From a virus: 40,071 nucleotides of DNA. Shown here in pieces: positions 34,030 to 40,071 of the stretch (positions within the stretch are counted from its first letter, which is position 1; every line of letters starts with the position of its first letter). The stretch lies in the UHGV virus genome UHGV-2079066, one strand, 5' to 3'. Under the pieces are notes generated by a model that was not told the origin of the DNA, did no database searches, and saw only the letters and a program-made list of their open reading frames with translations. A program made the position numbers and the translations under genes.

Positions 34030-34569
34030 ATGAGCTACATTCAGACATTATCCGGCAAACATTTTAATTACCTCGATATCCAACAGGACGATATCGTGAT
34101 CGAGGATATTGCTACCGCTTTGTCTCATATCTGCCGTTTTGCAGGGCATCTTCCTGAGTTTTATAGCGTCGGCCAGCATAGCGTTTTAACCAGCCACCTC
34201 GTTCCGCAGGAGTTTGCATTAGAAGCACTGCTTCATGATGCCGCCGAAGCCTACCTGCAGGATATCCCCTCGCCTCTTAAGCGCCTGCTACCGGATTACC
34301 AGGCGATCGAAGCTCGCGTAGACGCTGCTATTCGCCAGAAATTTGGCCTACCGACGGAACAACACCCAACTGTGAAATATGCCGACCTGGTGATGCTTGC
34401 CAGCGAACGCCGAGATTTTGAGATTGACGAAGGTTCCATTTGGCCATGCCTCGAGGGAGTTGTCCCAACGGATTTATTCATTATCAACCCAGTTCGTCCT
34501 GGCCAGTCATACGGCATGTTCATCAATCGCTTTAACGAGTTGATGGAGCAGCGCCAATGCGCCGCATGA
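34030..34569 (+). CDS. HD-domain phosphohydrolase (YfdR-like)
   Basis: seen: ...ALSHICRFAGH...LLHDAAEAY...; ATG 34030 with GGGGA SD. Track start 34003 is a GTG. Confidence 0.75.
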   Translation: MSYIQTLSGKHFNYLDIQQDDIVIEDIATALSHICRFAGHLPEFYSVGQHSVLTSHLVPQEFALEALLHDAAEAYLQDIPSPLKRLLPDYQAIEARVDAAIRQKFGLPTEQHPTVKYADLVMLASERRDFEIDEGSIWPCLEGVVPTDLFIINPVRPGQSYGMFINRFNELMEQRQCAA

Positions 34570-34733
34570 AGGTAAAAGAACTCGTAGCGGAGGCGTTTGC
34601 CTCCGTTGCTGAATTGCCACCAAAACATGCGCCGCTTATGCGCGAAGTCGCCACCAGACTGGACGCTACGTTCGCAGCATTAAAAGAGTCTCTGGTGCAA
34701 CTGGAACAGGAACGTAAAGGTAAAACGCCATGA
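34557..34733 (+). CDS. small ORF (58 aa) translationally coupled on both sides
   Basis: seen: ATG 34557 overlaps the HD gene end; stop overlaps next ATG (ATGA at 34730-34733); GGAG at -9. Below the track cutoff. Confidence 0.35.
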   Translation: MRRMKVKELVAEAFASVAELPPKHAPLMREVATRLDATFAALKESLVQLEQERKGKTP

Positions 34734-34984
34734 CCGTATTTGAATATCTCCAGGCTCATCCGAATACCACCAGCGGTGAAATCGCCAAAGGTATGAACAA
34801 AAAGACACCCGCGGTCGCCGGAGCATTATCTCAGCTCTATGGCACCGGCCGGATCGTGAAGTCTGGTGTTCGCAAGGGCATTCCAACATACCGCATTAAC
34901 GATATGCCGTTTGGTTGCAGTAACAGCCTAACCATGATGTTTAACCAGCTATTGAATAGGGCCAGACAGGGAGCAGCCCAATGA
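34730..34984 (+). CDS. small DNA-binding-like protein (winged-helix type)
   Basis: seen: 84 aa; ...TSGEIAKGMNKKTPAVAGALSQLYGTGRIVK... is HTH-like. Confidence 0.55.
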   Translation: MTVFEYLQAHPNTTSGEIAKGMNKKTPAVAGALSQLYGTGRIVKSGVRKGIPTYRINDMPFGCSNSLTMMFNQLLNRARQGAAQ

Positions 34985-35457
34985 CAGCACTCAACAAACA
35001 GGCGCTGCGTGAAGCGGCGCAGGAAGAAATAATGCTCCGCTCTGTCAGTGATACCTCTGACGCCTGGCAGGATGAAGCAAGCCCGGAAGCTGTGCTGGCG
35101 CTGCTGGATGAGTTGGAAACCGCAGAGAAGCGAAACGCTGAATTACAAAGTGAGAATGCATACATCCGCAACCGGAACAAAGAACTGGACCTGTTAATTG
35201 GGAAAAACATTCTGGTCATGCAGGCTGCAATTATCGAATGGCAGGCAACTGGCGACGCTAAGAATGGGCTGGCATGGATTTATAACACGCTGTTTGGACC
35301 TGGCGAATTGCCTGACGAATCTGAGAAAGATGCTCAGGCCTACTTTGACCGCAAATATGCACCGATTGACGAAGAGCTTATGGCGCTTCACAAGTGGTTT
35401 TGGGAACAAAGTGAGGCCGAACGTGCCGCCGCTGGCATTGGCGTAAAGGGGGAATGA
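34981..35457 (+). CDS. Ead/Ea22-like protein
   Basis: seen: MTALNKQALREAAQEE..., coiled-coil acidic; ATGA overlap with upstream gene; GGGAG SD. Confidence 0.65.
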   Translation: MTALNKQALREAAQEEIMLRSVSDTSDAWQDEASPEAVLALLDELETAEKRNAELQSENAYIRNRNKELDLLIGKNILVMQAAIIEWQATGDAKNGLAWIYNTLFGPGELPDESEKDAQAYFDRKYAPIDEELMALHKWFWEQSEAERAAAGIGVKGE

Positions 35458-35458
35458 G

Positions 35459-36163
35459 ATGGATAAATTTACGAAAGAGCAACAGGTGCAAGCAGTTTAC
35501 GATTTAAAGGTTGGTTACACCCTGGGGCATGCTGATATTGCAATGCTGAAATCAATGGCCCGCCAACTACTCGCCAGCATGGAGCAGGAGCCTATGGCTT
35601 GGGTGACTATGCAGAAGGAATTTTGCGATGATGAACGCACGGCAATAACCAATCGGGTTGACGCAGATCGCTACAGCATTAGTTGCTATGATCTGACGCC
35701 ACTCTACGCAGCACCACAGTTACCGCATCCAGCGGTACCGGATGAAATTGACGTTAATGACCCTGCACTCGACACGCATAGAAAATGGATGGCAGAGGGC
35801 TGGAATCGTTGCCGCGCCGCCATGCTTCAGGGTAGCCAACCTGTAAGTAAGCGCGAACAGGTTCGCCGTGAACACGCTGAATGGTCAGATAAGACTTTCG
35901 GCGATGTTGGTCCCGTTGGCCCGTTTAAACACCTGTCGAAAGAGGCGCTGGAAGCTGCCGCAGAACCTGACGACCTCAGCGAGTGGGCTGACATGCAGTT
36001 CCTGTTATGGGACGCCCAGCGGCGCGCCGGTATCAGTGACGGTGAAATCACAGCTGCGATGGAAGAAAAGCTGAAAGTGAACATGGCGCGCCAGTGGCCT
36101 GAGCCGAAAGACGGGGAACCTCGATTGCATATCAAAGAACAGTCAGAGCAGGAGAAAAAATAA
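35459..36163 (+). CDS. protein with C-terminal dATP/dGTP pyrophosphohydrolase-like (DUF550, MazG-like) domain
   Basis: seen: ...EHAEWSDKTFGDVGPVGPFKHLSKEALEAAAEPDDLSEWADMQFLLWDAQRRAGISDGEI.... Confidence 0.7.
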   Translation: MDKFTKEQQVQAVYDLKVGYTLGHADIAMLKSMARQLLASMEQEPMAWVTMQKEFCDDERTAITNRVDADRYSISCYDLTPLYAAPQLPHPAVPDEIDVNDPALDTHRKWMAEGWNRCRAAMLQGSQPVSKREQVRREHAEWSDKTFGDVGPVGPFKHLSKEALEAAAEPDDLSEWADMQFLLWDAQRRAGISDGEITAAMEEKLKVNMARQWPEPKDGEPRLHIKEQSEQEKK

Positions 36164-36165
36164 GA

Positions 36166-36420
36166 ATGTTTAGCCTGATTCGGCGCGGTCAAATCTACAC
36201 GGACAGTAGCAACTGGCCCGTAATTATCCATAGCTGTAGCGATCACTCGGTCCGAATCAAACGCAATGATGGCGGGCTGAGAACGATTAGCATCAAACGC
36301 TTTAACGAAGATTTTGAACGAGTGGAACATGATGAGTATCGCAAAATATGTGCCGAAATAGAGCAGGAAACAAACCTGAAAAACCTACGTGCGATGCGTC
36401 GCGGCAAGATTACTGAATAG
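36166..36420 (+). CDS. hypothetical small protein
   Basis: seen: 84 aa, AGGAG SD, tightly packed in operon. Confidence 0.6.
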   Translation: MFSLIRRGQIYTDSSNWPVIIHSCSDHSVRIKRNDGGLRTISIKRFNEDFERVEHDEYRKICAEIEQETNLKNLRAMRRGKITE

Positions 36421-36441
36421 CCAAACAGGAGAATATTTAAC

Positions 36442-37005
36442 GTGAACAACTTAATGATCGACCTTGAAACTATGGGCAAAAAGTCGAATGCCCCTATTGT
36501 CTCCATTGGTGCCGTGTTCTTCGATCCGCAAAGCGGTGAACTGGGTCAGGAGTTTTACACCGCCGTTAACCTTGAAAGCGCTATGGAGCAGGGAGCGGTG
36601 CCAGATGGTGACACTATTCTGTGGTGGTTAAGACAAAGCTCAGAAGCACGATCAGCAATCTGTGTTGATGATGCGATGCCGATATCGTCTGCCCTATCTG
36701 AACTGAGCCATTTCATTAACCGACATTCTGATAACCCGAAATATTTAAAAGTTTGGGGCAATGGAGCTACTTTCGACAACGTTATATTGCGCGGCGCATA
36801 TGAGCGCGCCGGCCAGGTTTGCCCGTGGCAATTTTGGAACGATCACGACGTCAGAACCATCGTCACATTAGGCAGAGTTGTGGGTTTCGATCCTAAGCGA
36901 GATATGCCATTCGATGGGGTTGCACATAACGCACTGGCCGATGCCCGCCACCAGGCCAAATACGTTTCAGCAATTTGGCAACGTCTACTGCCCCACCAGC
37001 AATAA
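36442..37005 (+). CDS. DnaQ-like 3'-5' exonuclease (DEDDh type)
   Basis: seen: MIDLETMG (Asp-x-Glu), ...VWGNGATFDN..., ...HNALADA...; GTG start with AGGAG SD. Confidence 0.75.
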   Translation: MNNLMIDLETMGKKSNAPIVSIGAVFFDPQSGELGQEFYTAVNLESAMEQGAVPDGDTILWWLRQSSEARSAICVDDAMPISSALSELSHFINRHSDNPKYLKVWGNGATFDNVILRGAYERAGQVCPWQFWNDHDVRTIVTLGRVVGFDPKRDMPFDGVAHNALADARHQAKYVSAIWQRLLPHQQ

Positions 37006-37055
37006 TTTATAAATATGAAAGCCCGGGTGCAGCCGGGCTGTATGGAGAATCTGTC

Positions 37056-37265
37056 ATGGCAAAACTAATGAAGGCGAGTCAGTGGGGTAAACGCGAATTT
37101 ACCAAAGACTCGATCCCGGATAATCGAACCATTAAACGTTGGGTTGAAAACGGACTTCTCACAGGCAAAATCGTAGACGGATCTGTTTGGGTCTGCGAGT
37201 CTGAAAAATGGGGGGTCGACTCAATGGTTAATCATACGGTTCGCCAGCTTATCAGTGAGGGTTAA
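37056..37265 (+). CDS. xis: excisionase-like protein
   Basis: seen: 69 aa from ATG 37056 (GGAGA SD); stop 2 nt before int ATG. inference from position and size; motif recall is weak. Confidence 0.55.
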   Translation: MAKLMKASQWGKREFTKDSIPDNRTIKRWVENGLLTGKIVDGSVWVCESEKWGVDSMVNHTVRQLISEG

Positions 37266-37267
37266 CC

Positions 37268-38446
37268 ATGGCAGCCAGGCCAAGAAAAAGAGAATACCGC
37301 CATCTACCCGAATATCTAATATTCGATAAAGATCGCGGCGTTTATAAATTTACGCTTATAACTGGGAAAAAAAAGAATATCGGTAAAGACAGGGCTGTAG
37401 CGATCGCTATAGCCCGTGAATACAACCTCAGAATGAGGCCTACAAATGTACCATCAGTAGAAATACTTGTCCGTGAATCTGGCGGTGTAACGGGGGAGGC
37501 AAAACCATTTGCTGAACACGTAGATCATATTATGGAGCGGGCGATTGAGAATGAGCGCCCTTCACAGAATACACTCGACGATTGGAACAACGATGCTCTG
37601 AGGGTAAAAGAATTCTTCATCAGCATACCAGCTTGCGATATTGAGCTGGAGCATGTGAACGCCTATATAAACCACTACCATGCCGAAGCATCAGCAAACG
37701 TACAAAACAGGAAAGTCAGCTTTCTTAAAAAATTATTCTCCTATGCGGTCGATGAATCGCTAATGTTCGATAACCCGGCAACCCGTAAAAAAATGCGTAG
37801 GATAGAAGAGAAGAAACGCCAGCGCCTCTCACTTGATAACTTTAAAGCTATCAGGCGCGCAGCTGAACCATGGTTACGGACCGCGATGGATTTGGCATTG
37901 CAGACAACACACGCACGATTGGAGGTTTCACGGATCCGTTACTCCATAAGAGAGCCTAAAGACGGCATCTGCGGGTGTCTATGGTTAGCACAACCAGAAA
38001 ACGGTATTTATGGGACGCTATACATCCACAGGCAGAAAGTGCAAAAAAAAGAGGCATCTCACGTTGCAATCCCGATTGGGGAAGAGTTGAAGCGGATAAT
38101 TGACGATAGTCGAGATAATGTTGCCAGTCCGTTTGTCGTTCACAGAATCCCAGAACGGCAGGTTAAACGCAGCAAAGAGGTTTCACACCCTACTCAAGTT
38201 GCACCGGATTATTTAAGTCGGTCGTTTTCAGCTACGCGTGACATGCTAGGTTTATGCGACCATCTACCGATGGACGAAAGACCAACCTTTCACGAAATCA
38301 GAGCGCTGGCTGCGCATCTTTTCGATCAGCAGGGTATCGATCCACAAGGGCGAATGGCACATAGCGATGCGAAATCAACAAAGATCTACACGCAAAACCA
38401 TATCGACTGGGTAGTAGTTCCTCATGGCGAGATTCAGACAGCATAA
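37268..38446 (+). CDS. int: tyrosine integrase
   Basis: seen: 392 aa; C-terminal HEIRALAAHLF...KIYTQNH carries the His-x-x-Arg and catalytic Tyr of the R-H-R-Y family; adjacent to att. Confidence 0.9.
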   Translation: MAARPRKREYRHLPEYLIFDKDRGVYKFTLITGKKKNIGKDRAVAIAIAREYNLRMRPTNVPSVEILVRESGGVTGEAKPFAEHVDHIMERAIENERPSQNTLDDWNNDALRVKEFFISIPACDIELEHVNAYINHYHAEASANVQNRKVSFLKKLFSYAVDESLMFDNPATRKKMRRIEEKKRQRLSLDNFKAIRRAAEPWLRTAMDLALQTTHARLEVSRIRYSIREPKDGICGCLWLAQPENGIYGTLYIHRQKVQKKEASHVAIPIGEELKRIIDDSRDNVASPFVVHRIPERQVKRSKEVSHPTQVAPDYLSRSFSATRDMLGLCDHLPMDERPTFHEIRALAAHLFDQQGIDPQGRMAHSDAKSTKIYTQNHIDWVVVPHGEIQTA

Positions 38447-38451
38447 AAAAG

Positions 38452-38479
38452 GCACCAGTAGGTGCCTTTGTGATTTGCT
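38452..38479 (+). terminator. rho-independent terminator after int
   Basis: seen: aggcacc-agta-ggtgcct followed by ttgtgattt. Confidence 0.65.
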
Positions 38480-38531
38480 CTCTTAGCAACGAACTAAGAA
38501 AGCCCAAGCCTCGTAGCCATATTCATGTGCA

Positions 38532-38636
38532 TCAAGGACTTTTTGAGAGTTTCCACGAACCTTGCGGTAACGACAGAAGACCCAGCGAAACCCTTTCGGA
38601 GCCGCTTTTGAAACAATTGACTTCAAACCCATTCAT
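38532..38636 (-). CDS. candidate micro-ORF (34 aa) with near-consensus SD
   Basis: seen: TAAGGAGGTG 5 nt upstream of ATG; MNGFEVNCFKSGSERVSLGLLSLPQGSWKLSKSP; not hydrophobic. Confidence 0.3.
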   Translation of the reverse strand: MNGFEVNCFKSGSERVSLGLLSLPQGSWKLSKSP

Positions 38637-38753
38637 AAACACCTCCTTACCGAGAGAGATTTTTTCCTTGAACCAACTCTCCCGAAGTGTTATTTTCGGG
38701 CTGCGTATTGAGAAGTTCACGGTGACGATGCCTCTTGGTTTCATCGCCTAGTT

Positions 38754-38792
38754 AAACCCTGATGGTTGGCGCCGTCAGGGTTTTTACTTTTT
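38754..38792. terminator. hairpin terminator (stronger on plus strand) just past the ImmA-like stop
   Basis: seen: aaaccctgatggttggcgccgtcagggttt followed by ttactttttt on plus strand. Confidence 0.45.
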
Positions 38793-39311
38793 TAACAACT
38801 GCTTTTGATAATCAGCTGCATGTGCGGATACCCCGCATGCTTCAGCAATTTCTTCTACCGACATGTTCCGCAACAATGCTGAATGGCTATATGGCACGAG
38901 CAATTCCCCACTAAAACACTTTGCTTGCCACTCGCTACTTTCAAAAGCTCTAATTTCAACTCCTGGAGCAGCGCGAGCAAAAGCAATATTCTTATGCATC
39001 AGAAGATGCCCTATTTCATGGGCAACCGTCATACGGTCACGGCCATTTCCAGCATGGGCACCTTCATATACATCTTCGCGTAGAATAATTAGTGATTCCT
39101 GAGGCATAGTTAGCCCATGAGTGCCACCCATCTCCTTTTCAGAAGCTGTTTCAAACGAAAAGTTGGGTAAGATCTGCGGTAACGCGAACTCAAGCATTTC
39201 AATCACAGGAAAATACAAATCATGTATCTTCAGCATCGAGCGTAAATTATTAGTTAAACCGCGAACCGCGCTGCGGCTTAAAGGTGGCACTCGATAATCT
39301 TGTCCGCTCAA
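38784..39311 (-). CDS. ImmA/IrrE-family zinc metallopeptidase
   Basis: seen: HEXXH as AHEIGHLLMH; 175 aa; directly downstream of an XRE HTH gene. Confidence 0.8.
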   Translation of the reverse strand: MSGQDYRVPPLSRSAVRGLTNNLRSMLKIHDLYFPVIEMLEFALPQILPNFSFETASEKEMGGTHGLTMPQESLIILREDVYEGAHAGNGRDRMTVAHEIGHLLMHKNIAFARAAPGVEIRAFESSEWQAKCFSGELLVPYSHSALLRNMSVEEIAEACGVSAHAADYQKQLLKK

Positions 39312-39325
39312 ACAGAGCCTCCTAC

Positions 39326-39685
39326 TTATTGTTTTTTAGTTAACAATTCACGTAGACGTTTAAACTCATCATCACTTAGCTCATCAAAGTTGCGTGCAAA
39401 TGCCATCGCTACTTCACGAGCATTTTGATTCTTACCCGAAAGATTAATCTCAACAGATTGTTGAGAATCACGAGCTGCTTTCGCTAACTCATCCCCAGCA
39501 TGAACGCCTTCATTAGTGAAATAATTAATGATGCTTTTCAATACAGGGTCAGTAACAGCCCGCTTTCCTGTTTCAATTGCTGAGAGGTAAGACGAGGTCA
39601 CGCCCATAGCATCAGCCATGCTTTTCAGCGTGACACCGACGTCTATTCGTAATTTCCTAACTTTCTTACCAAACGGCGTTAACAT
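39326..39685 (-). CDS. XRE-family HTH transcriptional regulator
   Basis: seen: KKVRKLRIDVGVTLKSMADAMGVTSSYLSAIETGKR; GAGAGG SD. Confidence 0.8.
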   Translation of the reverse strand: MLTPFGKKVRKLRIDVGVTLKSMADAMGVTSSYLSAIETGKRAVTDPVLKSIINYFTNEGVHAGDELAKAARDSQQSVEINLSGKNQNAREVAMAFARNFDELSDDEFKRLRELLTKKQ

Positions 39686-39752
39686 ATTTTTGCCTCTCTA
39701 ATGTGCGTGAGAGCCGGATGTACTCGACTCTGGGAGCAAGATAACAAACCAC

Positions 39753-39790
39753 AGACGATAAATCAACTAAATTTTGTTGATTTATCGTCT
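39753..39790. promoter_or_regulatory. perfect 15-bp inverted repeat (operator- or terminator-like) upstream of the XRE gene
   Basis: seen: AGACGATAAATCAAC-taaatttt-GTTGATTTATCGTCT, ~70 bp upstream of the XRE start codon. Confidence 0.5.
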
Positions 39791-39994
39791 TTTAAAAGTT
39801 CATGCCTTTATACTTATAGTAGTTCATTTTCTTCTTACAAGATTGCCAGTTTATGCTGAAATGAATGGGGAGAAACCACCACCTAAGCCATTGAAGTATA
39901 TAGAGCAGATTATGTCGAAAAAGCACTGTTTGTTTATACATGCAAATGGTACTTTGAACCAGCAATAGCGCGGCTCTCAGCGTTTTACAAGCGG

Positions 39995-40047
39995 CGTCAT
40001 GGGGTGTCGGGGGTCGGAGGTTCAAATCCTCTCGTGCCGACCAAAAA
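39995..40047. repeat. att core direct repeat, right copy (displaced tRNA 3' fragment)
   Basis: seen: identical to 25-77; upstream flank is not tRNA-like, so this copy is partial. Confidence 0.85.
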
Positions 40048-40071
40048 TCCCAAGAAAAAACCAACCCTTAC

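Larger units (their letters stand above)
78..39994. mobile_element. lambdoid prophage, apparently complete (immunity, replication, Q, lysis, cos/terminase, head, tail, xis/int)
   Basis: seen: bounded by 53-bp direct repeats, tyrosine integrase at one end, full lambda-like module order. inference: integration reconstituted the tRNA 3' end. Confidence 0.9.

Noticed and set aside
38470-38751. 93-codon plus-strand ORF after int
   Set aside because: Starts at GTG inside the int terminator tail, no SD, implausible composition.
39792-40064. 90-codon minus-strand ORF spanning attR
   Set aside because: Runs through the tRNA-derived repeat and AT-rich promoter region; Trp-rich; no SD.
1-40071. CRISPR array, insertion sequence, transposase or rRNA
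   Set aside because: No regularly spaced short repeats, no transposase-like ORF and no rRNA-like segments; the only repeat sets are the att cores, the ori iterons and operator dyads.

Overview
The window is essentially one complete lambdoid (lambda-like siphovirus) prophage of about 39.9 kb (78-39994), integrated into the 3' end of a tRNA-Pro-like gene and bounded by a 53-bp direct repeat (25-77 and 39995-40047). All calls come from reading the sequence and the supplied ORF track; no database search was run, and family names are recalled motif matches. Gene order is a mirror image of lambda: tRNA/att, UmuD'-like gene, SGNH-esterase tailspike, gpI-J/K/L/M-like tail tip, tape measure, G and G-T, V, U, Z, FII, gpD-like, protease-capsid fusion, portal, W, terL, terS, cos, accessory genes (morons), spanins, GH19 endolysin, holins, moron, Q, DUF968, antirepressor, rusA, Dam fusion, replication initiator with iterons, CII-like, cro, OR, cI, pL/OL, early accessory genes, xis, int, XRE/ImmA module, att. 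Structural and lysis genes are on the minus strand; cI and the early-left operon through int are on the plus strand. The most unusual items are: (1) a UmuD-family gene that starts exactly at the post-cleavage glycine, with no umuC; (2) an AT-rich membrane-protein gene between Q and the holin, the position stx occupies in Stx phages; (3) a second gpD-like paralog near cos interrupted by an in-frame TAG; (4) an AT-rich opposite-strand gene among small unknown genes beside the lysis cassette; (5) a Dam methyltransferase with a ~225-aa uncharacterised C-terminal extension; (6) an XRE-HTH/ImmA metallopeptidase pair with a perfect 15-bp palindrome between int and attR; (7) ~600 bp in the early-left operon with no convincing coding frame. 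No CRISPR array, IS element or rRNA was seen.
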